Of a stretch of 64,000 nt of DNA, positions 1 through 10,611 are shown piece after piece (the stretch's first letter is position 1; every line of letters begins with the position of its first letter). The DNA is taken from positions 4-64,003 of the forward strand of contig JANPMV010000001.1 of the NCBI GenBank assembly GCA_031427135.1. The letters run 5' to 3'. The notes under the pieces are model-generated. The model saw nothing but the letters and a program-made list of their open reading frames with translations. It was not told the DNA's origin and searched no databases. The translations under genes and the position numbers were made by a program. Source of the stretch: Cyanobacteria bacterium VAR_87_metabat_62. GTDB lineage: Bacteria > Cyanobacteriota > Cyanobacteriia > Cyanobacteriales > Microcoleaceae.

Positions 1-5
1 GTCGG

Positions 6-404
6 TTGTTTCGTATCATCGGTTATAGCTGTTATGTTGGCGATTCTGGCTTTCTCCAAACAGTTGGGAGATTCCTCAGCGGCGCAAACCTCAGCGGCGC
101 AAACCTCAGCGACGCAAACCTCAGCGACGCAAACCTCAGCGACGCAAACCTCAGCGACGCAAACCTCAGCGACGCATACCTCAGCGACGCAAACCTCAGC
201 GACGCAAACCTCAGCGACGCAAACCTCAGCGACGCAAACCTCAGCGGCGCATACCTCAGCGGCGCAAACCTCAGCGGCGCAAACCTCAGCGGCGCTTTTA
301 GCGATGTCAAATGGAACGGAAATACAAAGTGGGAGAATGTTCGAGGTTTGGATGCAGCCGTTAATGTGCCAGCAGTGTTAAGGCAACAGCTAGGAATGCA
401 GTAG
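6..404 (+). CDS. pentapeptide-repeat protein (5' end may lie outside the window)
   Basis: Translation is a run of A(N/Y)LS(D/G) pentapeptides built from near-perfect 15/30-nt DNA repeats at about 61-295. Confidence 0.8.
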   Translation: MFRIIGYSCYVGDSGFLQTVGRFLSGANLSGANLSDANLSDANLSDANLSDANLSDAYLSDANLSDANLSDANLSDANLSGAYLSGANLSGANLSGAFSDVKWNGNTKWENVRGLDAAVNVPAVLRQQLGMQ

Positions 405-1057
405 AAACATTGATGAACGAAGCAACTTCAAAGCCTTGCGATTGCTTCGTTCCTCGCAATGACAATACTTTAGACAGTTTTATGATTTTTATGAACAGGT
501 AAGATGCCTGTTCCAGAAAGAGTGGATTTTTTTGTGGGGTGGGCCGGAGAGCCCGATCGCGAATGACCGATCGACATACGAAGATCGATCGCCCTTAATT
601 CTATCCAAAAGTGCGATCGATCCAAAAGTGCGATCGAACTTTATTCATGCAGCCACAGAACATTTGCTCGATCGCAACAATTCCAAAGCTTGGTGTCTTA
701 CCCTACCTTCCATCACCTCTTTTTGCAAAGTAATAAAAGCCTCAAAATCTTCTAAACCGTACTTGGTCATCTGCAACTGCTGTCGCAGCAGTTCTTCCGC
801 CTCAACCGTCAAACAACCGGTTGCCAAAGCTTTTCCCACAATTGTACCGATCGAAGTCATAGTAAATTTACCCTGAAAATGCAAATGTTAAAACAGTGGA
901 GTTGTATCATCAGACTAACTCCGCTTTTAGTTTGTTTCACAATTACCTTAAAATAGGTTAAATCTACCTTAAGGCATATTTAAATATAGTAATTTTTGAT
1001 ACATAAAAATGTAAATTGTATCGATTATAACTACACTGTGCGATCGAACTGGTAGAT

Positions 1058-1558
1058 TTAGTTTGTGTCTAACAACAGCCGCCATTCTCTGACAGAAAAA
1101 GGAGGAAGCACTATTTCAGTTTGTTGTTGATTTTTCACGGGCAAATTCAACCGCAAAGGTCGATTACTGTCCAATTGGGTAATTATCGATCTGAAATCGT
1201 ATTCTCCGACATTAATCGGCAAATCTGACTCGCTCCAAATATCGTTTGCTTTGCCAATTTCCTGATTTCCCGCCGCAACTGTCAGCGGGAAAGGGTGCTG
1301 CAATTCTGTGCCGGGAAATCCGACCAATCTCAGGTTTAAAGAGTTTACTACTCCCGACTTTACTCGCTTGTACAAAACAACTTGCCACGCTTTGTCGTCA
1401 GTATCTCGCAGGCTTTGTACGGATCGGAACATTACTCTGTCGGCGGCTTCTGGATATTTATGAATCGAGGCAAAGGCGGGCGGGATGTTTGCGATTGTCA
1501 GACAGAGACAAAAGGTAATAATACTTACAATTTTGCGCCAAAAATTATATTTTTTCAT
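1058..1558 (-). CDS. secreted hypothetical protein (DUF3122-like)
   Basis: 166-aa ORF with a signal-peptide-like N-terminus (IITFCLCLTIANIPPAFA). Family name is from memory only. Confidence 0.5.
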   Translation of the reverse strand: MKKYNFWRKIVSIITFCLCLTIANIPPAFASIHKYPEAADRVMFRSVQSLRDTDDKAWQVVLYKRVKSGVVNSLNLRLVGFPGTELQHPFPLTVAAGNQEIGKANDIWSESDLPINVGEYDFRSIITQLDSNRPLRLNLPVKNQQQTEIVLPPFSVREWRLLLDTN

Positions 1559-1603
1559 CTGTTAATACTTCCAATGAAGGTTTGTAGTGAGGAAGGCAAG
1601 TCT

Positions 1604-1981
1604 TTATTTCCAATCAGTTTCAGCTTGCGATAAGACGTAAGCTGAAACATCGATAATTTGTTGTTCAGACAAACGAGCTTTGTAAGCGGGCATAATACCT
1701 TTGCCGTTGGTAACTAAGTTGGAAATGTTGGCAATGGAATCCATACCATATTTTTTTAAGGCTTTTTGTTTCAAGTTTTTGCCGCGCCTGATAATGTTGC
1801 CGCCGTTGATGTGACAGCCTGCACAGTTGGCGGTGAAGACTTCGGCTGCGGTTGCGGTTGCGGGAGTTATGGCTGTATCTGCGATCGCAATTTGGGAATT
1901 AGTGGCGATTTCTACAAATGCCAGTGCTAGTATCAATAGAGCGACGGTGAGAATTTTTTTTAAGTTAGTTAGCGAAATCAT
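1604..1981 (-). CDS. cytochrome c6 family protein (PetJ-like)
   Basis: Signal peptide, CxxCH haem motif (CAGCH), and NGKGIMPAYK...YVL..AE..W tail colinear with cytochrome c6/c553. Confidence 0.8.
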   Translation of the reverse strand: MISLTNLKKILTVALLILALAFVEIATNSQIAIADTAITPATATAAEVFTANCAGCHINGGNIIRRGKNLKQKALKKYGMDSIANISNLVTNGKGIMPAYKARLSEQQIIDVSAYVLSQAETDWK

Positions 1982-2055
1982 TTATTTGCAGCTTGAAAAA
2001 TAGTGCTGATTTGATGATACCATTAATTACAGATTTTTGGGTTGACAAGCGTGAT

Positions 2056-3540
2056 TCATTCTTCCCAGTCGAATGTACGGGAAACTGCTTTTTTCCACAA
2101 ATTATATTTTTGTTCGCGAAGTGCGATCGGCATTTGCGGTTCCCAAGTACAATCCACCGCCCAATTCTCCCGCAATTCTGCTATCTGACTCCAAAAACCC
2201 ACCGCCAAACCAGCCGCATAAGCCGCGCCGAGTGCCGTAGTTTCTGCCACGACAGGCCGCACCACAGGTACTCCCAAAACATCGCTCTGAAACTGCATCA
2301 ACGTGTGATTTACCACCATTCCTCCGTCTACTTTCAGAGACAAAAGTTCGACACCAGAATCTTGATTCATCGCATCTAATACTTCCCGTGTTTGCCAAGC
2401 TGTCGCTTCCAATACAGCGCGGGCAATGTGTGCCTTAGTCACATAGCGAGTTAAACCTGCAATTACTCCCCGGGCGCTGTCTTTCCAATAGGGTGCATAG
2501 AGTCCAGAAAAGGCAGGGACAAAGTAAACTCCGGCACTATCTTCAACTGTTTTTGCTAATGTTTCTACTTCCGCAGATGTGGCAATCATCCCTAAATTGT
2601 CCCGCAACCATTGGACTAATGCTCCGGCGATCGCAATACTGCCTTCCAAAGCATAGACAGCGGGCGATTCTCCGAGCTTGTAGGCGACTGTTGTCAGCAA
2701 CCCTTGCTTTGAAGGGACGATCGCCTCACCCGTATTCATCAGCATAAAACAGCCCGTACCGTAAGTATTTTTCGCCTCCCCGCAACTGAAGCAAGTTTGC
2801 CCAACAAGAGCTGCTTGTTGATCGCCCAAAGCCGCAGCAATCGGAACATTTTCGAGCAATCCTTTTGCAAGTCCAAAAACTTGACTAGAAGGGCGAATTT
2901 CCGGCAGCATTTGCCGGGGAATTTCCATTATTTCCAAAATTTCGGTATCCCAATCAAGGGTTTGCAAATCCATCAGCATCGTGCGACTGGCGTTGGTAAC
3001 ATCGGTGATGTGCGTACCGCCCGTTAAGTTCCAAATTAGAAAAGTATCGACAGTCCCAAAAATCGCATCACCTCGCATTGCAGCTTCCCGCAATCCGGGA
3101 ATATTATCGAGCATCCACTTGATTTTCGGCCCGCTGAAATAAGTAGCCAGCGGTAAACCGCACTTTTCTCTAAATCTATCTTTGCCGCCAATTTCAGCTA
3201 ACTTATCGCACATTTCACGGGTGCGCGTATCTTGCCAAACAATCGCGTTGCCGTAAGTCTTTCCCGTGGTTTTATTCCAAACAATTACGGTTTCGCGCTG
3301 GTTTGTAATCCCGATAGCTGCAATCTCTTTCGGGTCGATATTGCTGTTTTCGAGTGTAGTTGCGATCGCGCTTTGGGTGCGTTGCCAAATTTCCTCGGGA
3401 TTGTGTTCTACCCATCCAGGCTGCGGATAGATTTGCTGGTGTTCTTGTTGGTTGCTGGCAACTATCTTCCCTGCGCGATCGAATATCATAAATCGGGTGC
3501 TGGTGGTTCCTTGATCGATGGCTGCTACGTATTTTTTCAA
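2056..3540 (-). CDS. glpK: glycerol kinase
   Basis: 494 aa. N-terminal [17 protein letters not shown] and full-length FGGY kinase colinearity ([26 protein letters not shown]). Confidence 0.95.
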   Translation of the reverse strand: MKKYVAAIDQGTTSTRFMIFDRAGKIVASNQQEHQQIYPQPGWVEHNPEEIWQRTQSAIATTLENSNIDPKEIAAIGITNQRETVIVWNKTTGKTYGNAIVWQDTRTREMCDKLAEIGGKDRFREKCGLPLATYFSGPKIKWMLDNIPGLREAAMRGDAIFGTVDTFLIWNLTGGTHITDVTNASRTMLMDLQTLDWDTEILEIMEIPRQMLPEIRPSSQVFGLAKGLLENVPIAAALGDQQAALVGQTCFSCGEAKNTYGTGCFMLMNTGEAIVPSKQGLLTTVAYKLGESPAVYALEGSIAIAGALVQWLRDNLGMIATSAEVETLAKTVEDSAGVYFVPAFSGLYAPYWKDSARGVIAGLTRYVTKAHIARAVLEATAWQTREVLDAMNQDSGVELLSLKVDGGMVVNHTLMQFQSDVLGVPVVRPVVAETTALGAAYAAGLAVGFWSQIAELRENWAVDCTWEPQMPIALREQKYNLWKKAVSRTFDWEE

Positions 3541-3642
3541 GTTTCCTAAACCTTTTAGTTATTAGTCGTTTACTGTTTTTTTTGTAACTAGGCAGAGCCT
3601 CTAGATATAGCACTTTTCATGTATGTGAGATACATCGTTCTT

Positions 3643-3671
3643 GTAGGGACACGGCAGTGCCGTGTCCCTAC
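3643..3671. repeat. perfect palindrome GTAGGGACACGGCAGTGCCGTGTCCCTAC (dispersed family)
   Basis: Related copies at about 14335-14395 and 56239-56340. Confidence 0.7.
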
Positions 3672-3787
3672 GGGATATTGAATGTACGACCTAAACCTGA
3701 AATCTGCCGTATAGGTTCCTAGGCTCTGGCTGAGAGCCTGTTATTCTAGCTACTTATACCAATTTAATGGGTCGTTGCACATATCTC

Positions 3788-3868
3788 GATCCCCCTAAAT
3801 CCCCCTTAAGAAGGGGGACTTTGATCGGAATCTTGTCCCCCCCTTCTTAAGGGGGGCTAGGGGGGATC
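3788..3868. repeat. MITE-like inverted-repeat element (GATCCCCCTAAATCCCCCTTAAGAAGGGGG...)
   Basis: Terminal inverted repeats. Related copies at 19838-19937 and 63814-63876. Confidence 0.7.
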
Positions 3869-3901
3869 GAATTTTATGGCCTCATAAAAAATTGGTATTA
3901 T

Positions 3902-5104
3902 TTACACAATCTCGCCGTCAATTTCACCGAATTCGATTTTCGTTCCTAATGCCAAAGTTAAGATATTTTCCGGCTCAATCATTTTCATGTCGCCTTGACT
4001 GTCTGTGGCCCACCAAGCGCGATCGGACCAATTCTTAATCCCCAATAAAAGTTCATTTTTTTCATGAGAATTAACAGTGGCTACAACACCATTAGATCCG
4101 GCTGCTTTCAAGCTCGGTATCTCTGATGTTGATAACTGAGTTCCCGTAGTTAAAGGAATCATTCGATTTCCTAATTTTAGGGAAAACTGGCTACTGGTAA
4201 AAGAATTTACTTCGGGCTTAGCTGGAACAAAGGTAGGCAGAACTTTCGCCTCAGTTTGGATAGGCAAATCAGAGTTTCCGACTGTGATTGTACAATTTCC
4301 GATTCTCTTTTGGTCGCCCGATCGCAAATAAGTCACCGCCCCACTATCAAAATTTTCGCACACAATTTGACCAGCCTCCAATTGAAAGCGCATAGCCAGC
4401 GGTGCAACATTCGGAATGCAGATAATAGACAAGTTGTCATCGCTGCCAAAAGTCACCGGTTCGGCACCGACAGTCAGAGTGCGATTGACTCCGGTATCGT
4501 AACTAATTACCAGCCAAGCTTTGTTAAACAAAGTTTCAGCTACAACTAGCATAATTCCAATCCAAAAGCCGATCGCAGCACAGCCAGCCAAACGGCCCGC
4601 TGTACCGGATAAAGTATAAGCAAACAGAATAAACAAACAGCCGCCTAAAACTCCTCCAACACCGCCGCCTCCTGCGCCGCGAAGCATCCCTAAATTAGGA
4701 ATCCGTTTGGCAAGTCCAAGTCCTAACAAACTGCCAGCTATTCCCCAGCAAATTACCCGCAGTAACTCGTTTTCGCCGTCGCCAATCCCGCTAAAAATCA
4801 CTTCAGCGATCGCCCCAGAAACAGCTCCCGCGATTAAACCAAATAATCCGCCATTTTTCAAAGCCTGTTTAACTTGAGGCTTGCCTTTGATATAGTAATA
4901 ATAGCCGAACATAATAGCCGCAGCAATGCCGCCGCCTACCAATCCAAACCAGCGAGCTGTAGACAACACACTATCAACAACAGATTCTGAATTATTGAGT
5001 TGGTGCATGAAAGGTTCGGTGAGGAGATTGCCGGCGAAACCGCCGACAGCACCGCTAATCCCAAACTGCAAAGCTTTTTTAAGGGCTGATAGATTTCTTT
5101 TCAC
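3902..5104 (-). CDS. membrane protein with glycine-rich TM segments and a C-terminal soluble, possibly FHA-like, region
   Basis: 400-aa ORF with several Gly-zipper hydrophobic helices in the N-terminal half. No antisense competitor of similar length. Confidence 0.5.
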   Translation of the reverse strand: MKRNLSALKKALQFGISGAVGGFAGNLLTEPFMHQLNNSESVVDSVLSTARWFGLVGGGIAAAIMFGYYYYIKGKPQVKQALKNGGLFGLIAGAVSGAIAEVIFSGIGDGENELLRVICWGIAGSLLGLGLAKRIPNLGMLRGAGGGGVGGVLGGCLFILFAYTLSGTAGRLAGCAAIGFWIGIMLVVAETLFNKAWLVISYDTGVNRTLTVGAEPVTFGSDDNLSIICIPNVAPLAMRFQLEAGQIVCENFDSGAVTYLRSGDQKRIGNCTITVGNSDLPIQTEAKVLPTFVPAKPEVNSFTSSQFSLKLGNRMIPLTTGTQLSTSEIPSLKAAGSNGVVATVNSHEKNELLLGIKNWSDRAWWATDSQGDMKMIEPENILTLALGTKIEFGEIDGEIV

Positions 5105-5782
5105 GGCGCACCTGGTTAAAAGTGAGAGTCAAAGAGAGCTACAAGAAAGAAAGCCACCATTTCCGATCGTACATCTCGCCCTGTCTCCCCCCTGTCTGGC
5201 TTCCCTCCACCTGGCGGGAAAAGTTTTCTCTTCGCTAATAGCGCCGCCGCCCGCCGCAAATGCCTCAGCGTTCGATCGCCTGCAACCATTGCTGTTAGAT
5301 AATTTTAGCGATTTTTTTCACTGTAAAACTTTAACTGGGAAGAGCCAAGCGGGGCCCAAAAATGAAAAGGATTGTTACAAACTATTACAGTAACACTCAG
5401 AATGTGAACATAATGCCTCAAAATACTTGCGAGAGGTAGTTGTGTTAGAGAAGCAATATCCTTACCAACTTTCCAACAGTCTCTCGATCGCCACTTACTG
5501 AATTGCTGCAATCTCGATCGTAGATTAAAGATCGCATCAGTCATTTGTGGTATTCTAGGCGACAGGCTTAGTGCGAGCACTCACAACCGCACCGGCGTGA
5601 AAAACCAGCGTCGTCAAACGCCCAAAGTAGTCAGCCAACAACTTCACAGTTGTTGGGTTAAGCTCCCCAAAGTGTTAAAGCTCCTGCCGCCAGTCAGAGA
5701 TACGGAACCGGGTGCGCCCGCCGTTGATCTGCTGAATGCAAAGTAGTTCGTAATTGCAAAATATCCAGCGGGTACACACAAG

Positions 5783-6268
5783 ATGAGTATCGTCACAAAG
5801 TCCATCGTCAATGCAGACGCTGAAGCTCGTTACCTGAGCCCAGGCGAACTTGACCGAATCAAAAGCTTCGTCACCTCTGGTGAACGTCGCGTCCGCATCG
5901 CCCAAATTTTGAGCGAATCCCGCGAACGTATCGTCAAGCAAGCCGGCGACCAACTTTTCCAAAAACGCCCTGACGTAGTTTCTCCCGGCGGCAACGCTTA
6001 CGGCGAAGAAATGACCGCAACTTGCTTGCGCGACATGGATTACTACCTGCGTTTGATCACCTACGGAATCGTAGCTGGCGACATTACCCCGATCGAAGAA
6101 ATCGGTATTGTCGGCGTCCGCGAAATGTACAAATCCTTGGGAACCCCGATTGAAGCAGTAGCCGAAGGAATTCGCGCTATGAAGAATGCAGCTTCTTCGT
6201 TGCTTTCTGGAGAAGATGCTTCCGAAGCTTCCTCTTACTTCGACTACGTTATCGGTGCGATGCAGTAA
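5783..6268 (+). CDS. apcA: allophycocyanin alpha subunit
   Basis: 161 aa, [30 protein letters not shown]... typical ApcA, followed by apcB and apcC. Confidence 0.97.
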   Translation: MSIVTKSIVNADAEARYLSPGELDRIKSFVTSGERRVRIAQILSESRERIVKQAGDQLFQKRPDVVSPGGNAYGEEMTATCLRDMDYYLRLITYGIVAGDITPIEEIGIVGVREMYKSLGTPIEAVAEGIRAMKNAASSLLSGEDASEASSYFDYVIGAMQ

Positions 6269-6431
6269 AGATTTTAGATTTTAGATTTTAGATTGCAGAA
6301 TCGGGAGTTGCCGGCACTAAGCCCAAAGCTTTTGCAGATAACAAACCACAGATAAGTCTGAAATCCCAAATCCCAAATCCGAGCTACAAAATTGGACTGA
6401 ACTCAGCCACTTTCTAGGAAACAAGACTACC

Positions 6432-6917
6432 ATGCAAGACGCAATTACAGCCGTTATCAATTCCTCTGACGTTCAAGGTAAGTACCTGGACATCAGCGCT
6501 CTAGATAAGCTCAAGAACTACTTCGCATCTGGCGAACTGCGCGTCCGCGCCGCTACAGCCATCAGCGCCAACGCAGCCACAATCGTCAAAGAAGCAGTTG
6601 CTAAGTCTCTGTTGTACTCTGACGTAACTCGTCCCGGCGGCAATATGTACACAACTCGCCGTTATGCAGCTTGCATTCGCGACTTGGACTACTACCTCCG
6701 CTACGCCACCTACGCAATGCTAGCTGGCGACCCTTCCATCCTGGATGAGCGCGTGCTCAACGGTTTGAAAGAAACCTACAATTCCTTGGGCGTGCCCATC
6801 GGTTCTACCGTACAAGCCATCCAAGCAATGAAAGAAGTCACCGCCGGTTTGGTCGGTTCTGACGCTGGTAAAGAAATGGGCGTCTATTTCGACTACATCT
6901 GCTCTGGCTTGAGCTAA
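6432..6917 (+). CDS. apcB: allophycocyanin beta subunit
   Basis: 161 aa, [20 protein letters not shown]...[11 protein letters not shown] typical ApcB. Confidence 0.97.
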   Translation: MQDAITAVINSSDVQGKYLDISALDKLKNYFASGELRVRAATAISANAATIVKEAVAKSLLYSDVTRPGGNMYTTRRYAACIRDLDYYLRYATYAMLAGDPSILDERVLNGLKETYNSLGVPIGSTVQAIQAMKEVTAGLVGSDAGKEMGVYFDYICSGLS

Positions 6918-7010
6918 GACGAAGAAAGAAGGAAGAAGGAAAAAAGAAGAAGAAAGAACATTCATTTCTTACCTTTTTTAACTTTGGACTTGTTATCTTT
7001 GCCTTTGAAA

Positions 7011-7112
7011 GAAGTCAGGGAAGTTGAGAGTGATTGCTAGACCGTCAAAGGCTTGTCGAGAATACTGGACGAGTTTTAACGAGCTAGTTTTGACTCGTAA
7101 CTCCCTGACTTC
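7011..7112 (+). promoter_or_regulatory. long imperfect hairpin in the apcB-apcC spacer
   Basis: GAAGTCAGGGA(A)GTT... at 7011 pairs with ...AACTCCCTGACTTC ending at 7112. Confidence 0.5.
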
Positions 7113-7166
7113 AATCTTTTAAAAATCATCTAAAAATCTGTAAGCCTACTCAGGAGTTTGTGTCCC

Positions 7167-7370
7167 ATGAGAATGTTTAAAGTGACTGCTTGCGTCCCAA
7201 GTCAAACACGCATCCGCACTCAACGCGAATTGCAAAATACCTATTTTACTAAGTTGGTTCCCTACGACAACTGGTTCCGGGAACAACAAAGAATTATGAA
7301 AATGGGCGGCAGAATTATTAAAGTGCAACTGGCGACAGGTAAGCCTGGAGCTAATACTGGCCTACTGTAA
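7167..7370 (+). CDS. apcC: phycobilisome core linker Lc7.8
   Basis: 67 aa from the internal ATG: MRMFKVTACVPSQTRIRTQRELQNTYFTKLVPYDNWFREQQRI... typical ApcC. Confidence 0.95.
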   Translation: MRMFKVTACVPSQTRIRTQRELQNTYFTKLVPYDNWFREQQRIMKMGGRIIKVQLATGKPGANTGLL

Positions 7371-7397
7371 GATCCAAGACTGGATTGATGTAGGGTT

Positions 7398-7424
7398 AAG
7401 AGGTCGTTGTGACCTCTTTTTTGT
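7398..7424 (+). terminator. intrinsic terminator after apcC
   Basis: AAGAGGTC-GTTGT-GACCTCTT stem-loop followed by a T-run. Confidence 0.7.
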
Positions 7425-7569
7425 TAGCAGAAGGAAGAAGAACACCCCTATCCCCCAAGAGGGGAAGGAAGAAGGAAGGAAAGACCAGACGGTACAATCA
7501 AGAGAACGCTGCTTAACACAATATAAACTAGCTATAATTGTTGTACTTGTCATACAGGTACTGTAAACA

Positions 7570-7824
7570 ATGCTGAATGTCAGATTAGATATTGAAACAG
7601 AACAACAGTTAGCTGATATTCTGGCCCATGAAAAGGCTGTCAACCACAGCGACTTGGTAAAACGCCTAATTCGGGAGCGATGGTTAACCCTTAAGTTGGA
7701 TAGTACGTTTGTAGAAAAACGGGGGGGACATCCTCAGCATCTGTTACAAGGTGCACCTCCGGATCTATCGGAACGGGCGATACGAAAACAAGCGATCGCA
7801 GACTATCTCAAGCATCGACACTAA
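7570..7824 (+). CDS. ribbon-helix-helix type antitoxin
   Basis: 84 aa. N-terminal MLNVRLDIETEQQLADIL is RHH-like. Stop overlaps the start of the PIN gene. Confidence 0.6.
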   Translation: MLNVRLDIETEQQLADILAHEKAVNHSDLVKRLIRERWLTLKLDSTFVEKRGGHPQHLLQGAPPDLSERAIRKQAIADYLKHRH

Positions 7825-8249
7825 TGACTTATCCACCTCTTACGCTGATTGATAGTGGGATTTTAACGGCTTATTACAGTGCGGCAGATCGCTATCATCT
7901 GCAAGTTTGTCGCTTTTTAGAAGGTTGTACCAGTCGGCTTATTACCACTCATAGCTGCGCTACAGAAGTAATGTGGTTACTAAGTTCTAATTGGCGGACT
8001 CAAAATGAATTTTTGTCGGATCTTGCGAAGGAGCTTTACGAGTGTGTTCCCCTATTGCCGCAAGATTTTATTCGTATTGCAGAATTGAATGCCCAATATG
8101 CAGATTTACCAGGGGATTTTGCGGATTTGAGTTTAATTGCGATTTCGGAACGGTTAGATATTGGTGCGATCGCCACTCTAGATAGTGATTTTGATATCTA
8201 CCGACGTTATCGGAAACAACCGTTTGATCGCATATTTCTTCCGCAATAA
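7824..8249 (+). CDS. PIN-domain toxin (VapC-like)
   Basis: 141 aa. N-terminal LIDSG acidic motif, C-terminal ATLDSDF. Translationally coupled to the upstream antitoxin. Confidence 0.75.
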   Translation: MTYPPLTLIDSGILTAYYSAADRYHLQVCRFLEGCTSRLITTHSCATEVMWLLSSNWRTQNEFLSDLAKELYECVPLLPQDFIRIAELNAQYADLPGDFADLSLIAISERLDIGAIATLDSDFDIYRRYRKQPFDRIFLPQ

Positions 8250-8294
8250 GAGCCTGTTTGATTCTATTGCTTCTTCCTTTTTCTATAAAATCCT

Positions 8295-9515
8295 ATGGCT
8301 GCTGATATTCGACGCTTTATTCCATTTTTTGACCCCAGCGTGTCTGAATGGGCTCCCGAGGCCCGCTGGCTCCGCTGGCTGACTTTCCTGTGGCTGTTTG
8401 TAGGGCTGACAGCATTGTTCTCGGCTTCCTATCCGATCGCCAATTCAGAGTTAGGAGACGGGCTTTATTATTTTAAACGACAGCTCATCGCAGTGGCGAT
8501 CGGGCTGGCCGGCTTTAACTTGATGGTACACTCCCCCCTGCGCTACCTGATCAAATCAGCTCAGTTGGGCATTTTATTGCTGCTGGGAGTGCTGTGGCTG
8601 ACTTTAGTTCCCGGAGTCGGAACCACCATCAACGGGGCGACTCGCTGGATTTCCCTCGGCCCCGTTCCGATTATTCAACCTTCGGAGTTGATCAAACCGT
8701 TTTTCGTGCTCCAAAGCGCCCGCATTTTCGGCAACTGGCCCCGCTTGACGAATAAAGTGCGGCTGGCTTGGCTGGGCATTTTTGGGGCGATGCTGTTGGG
8801 AATTTTGTTGCAGCCGAATTTGAGCACCACGGCTTTGTGCGGGATGACTTTGTGGTTGGTAGCTTTGGCTGCTGGCTTGCCTTACTTGCAGTTGGGCGCA
8901 ACGGCGATCGGCGGAATGCTGTTGGCAGTTTTAAGTATTAGTTTTCGGGAATATCAGCGCCGCCGGATTATGTCTTTTCTGAATCCTTGGGCCGATCCGA
9001 TGCAGGATGGCTATCAGTTGATTCAAAGTCTGCTGGCTGTGGGTTCGGGCGGTATCTGGGGCGTTGGTTTGGGGATGTCGCAGCAAAAGTTATTTTATTT
9101 GCCGATTCAGTACAGCGATTTTATTTTTGCTGTGTTTGCTGAGGAGTTTGGTTTGGTGGGCGGTTTCTCGCTGCTGCTGATGCTGGCTGCTTACTCTACT
9201 GTGGCTTTGAGGGTGGCGGTCAAGGCCCGGAATATTGAGAGTCAGTTGGTGGCGATCGGGGCGACGGTGGTGATGGTGGGACAGTCGCTGCTGAATATTG
9301 GGGTGGCGACGGGGGTTTTGCCGACTACGGGTTTGCCGCTACCGTTTTTTAGTTACGGTGGTTCTTCGATGGTGGCGAGTTTTTTGTTATCGGGGCTGTT
9401 GATTCGGGTGGCTAGGGAGAGCTCGGAGGCTGAGGTGGTTTCTCTGGATGGACGTAGGGCGGTACCTGGAAGTCCTAAGTTGCGATCGAACAATCAAACT
9501 CCACAAACTGAGTAA
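8295..9515 (+). CDS. ftsW: SEDS-family cell division/elongation protein (FtsW/RodA)
   Basis: 406 aa, about 10 TM segments, conserved LQPSELIKP, SDFIFAVFAEEFG and LPLPFFSYGGSS motifs. Confidence 0.85.
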   Translation: MAADIRRFIPFFDPSVSEWAPEARWLRWLTFLWLFVGLTALFSASYPIANSELGDGLYYFKRQLIAVAIGLAGFNLMVHSPLRYLIKSAQLGILLLLGVLWLTLVPGVGTTINGATRWISLGPVPIIQPSELIKPFFVLQSARIFGNWPRLTNKVRLAWLGIFGAMLLGILLQPNLSTTALCGMTLWLVALAAGLPYLQLGATAIGGMLLAVLSISFREYQRRRIMSFLNPWADPMQDGYQLIQSLLAVGSGGIWGVGLGMSQQKLFYLPIQYSDFIFAVFAEEFGLVGGFSLLLMLAAYSTVALRVAVKARNIESQLVAIGATVVMVGQSLLNIGVATGVLPTTGLPLPFFSYGGSSMVASFLLSGLLIRVARESSEAEVVSLDGRRAVPGSPKLRSNNQTPQTE

Positions 9516-9521
9516 TTTGCC

Positions 9522-9623
9522 ATATCAATTCTGGCTGCGCCGGAATGATACAGAGGACATGGTAATGCCGCTTCCCTACGCCAAATTTATCGCGCAAGAA
9601 ACGGCATTACCATGTCCTGATTT
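9522..9623 (+). repeat. about 100-bp MITE-like element (ATATCAATTC.GGCTGCGCCGGAATGAT ... GTCCTGATTT)
   Basis: Same ends as the copy at 14298-14399. Inverted copy at 56239-56374. Confidence 0.65.
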
Positions 9624-9957
9624 TTGCTAGTTATTGATTCCAACTAACAACTAACTATTTCTGTCTTCCGTCACCTTTATTAGGCGGCTCTTCTTGTTTT
9701 TCCGGCTTCGGTTTAGCCGTGATTTCGGTTAATTCTTTTTTATCTGGTGGTGATGATTCTTGATTGGGATTAATCATGGAATTATTTCCTGAATAATAGA
9801 TGCACCGCTTAATTATATCATTTCCCGCTGTCAAGGCATTGCTGTACAGAGCGGGAGGAAGATCGACACAAACCATTCTCATGCAATGGGATTTGATACC
9901 TAAATATTGGAAAAATTTAATGTAGATGCGAAATGTAGATGCAAAATAGCGCTATTT

Positions 9958-10611
9958 CTAAACTGCTTGAGGGTTGCAGCCAAACAAATCAGACGAGTTA
10001 GCAAAAGAGTCTTTGTTGAGAATCAAATGCCGATCGCCATCTCGACTGACTAACCCTTGCTGCTGCAATTTTCCCAGCATTCGCGTTACCGTTACCCGAG
10101 TCGTGCAAATAGCATTAGCAATATCTTGATGCGTTAAACGGATACTCAAGCGAGTCCCTTCAACTACAGGCTGACCGAAATCTTGTTTCAACAACAACAA
10201 TAGTTGATACAAACGGTCTTCTACGCGCCGCTGTCCGGCGATCGCCAAAATCGATTCCATTTGTCGCAGTCGCCGTGCCATTTGAGGCAGCAACTCATGA
10301 GCCAATTGAGGAGAAGCTTCGATTTCCACCATAGAATACCACATCAAATAGACATCTGATGTTGCGGTAGCTCGGTAAGTCTGCAAGCTTGTTAACCACA
10401 AACCGAAACACATCGAAGGCCCTACCCAACCCAAAAGTCCTTCATCTCCGGTTGGATAAAGCGTACCCAGTTGTGCCAAACCTTGACAGACTTGCCAAAG
10501 ACCTTGTGACATCAAAGGAATGTTTTCGCCCTTGGCATAAAAATGCAAGTTTCGAGTGGCTCCCGTGTTATGCTGGACTTCCGCTAAAAGTGCTTTGGAT
10601 GTTGGTGGCAT
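9958..10611 (-). CDS. Crp/Fnr-family transcriptional regulator
   Basis: 217 aa. C-terminal HTH QDIANAICTTRVTVTRMLGKLQQQGLV. N-terminal half is not NtcA-like. Confidence 0.8.
   Translation of the reverse strand: MPPTSKALLAEVQHNTGATRNLHFYAKGENIPLMSQGLWQVCQGLAQLGTLYPTGDEGLLGWVGPSMCFGLWLTSLQTYRATATSDVYLMWYSMVEIEASPQLAHELLPQMARRLRQMESILAIAGQRRVEDRLYQLLLLLKQDFGQPVVEGTRLSIRLTHQDIANAICTTRVTVTRMLGKLQQQGLVSRDGDRHLILNKDSFANSSDLFGCNPQAV

Noticed and set aside
32-381. ORFs 32-310(-) and 34-381(+)
   Set aside because: They are alternative frames of the 15-nt tandem repeat. Only the A(N/Y)LS(D/G) frame gives a recognised protein family.
645-884. Small ORFs 645-884(-), 9655-9882(-) and 55695-55895(+)
   Set aside because: They could be real small proteins, but I have no motif, RBS or conservation evidence, so they are not listed as features.
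2102-3613. Internal and antisense ORFs within glpK
   Set aside because: The full-length GlpK frame explains the region. The same reasoning was applied to nested ORFs inside sufS, sufB, sufD, era, nadK, ycf39, pdxA, birA, rsr and the OmpA-family gene.
9958-10611. Calling the Crp-family gene ntcA
   Set aside because: The N-terminal sequence does not resemble NtcA, and only the generic Crp/Fnr HTH is recognisable.
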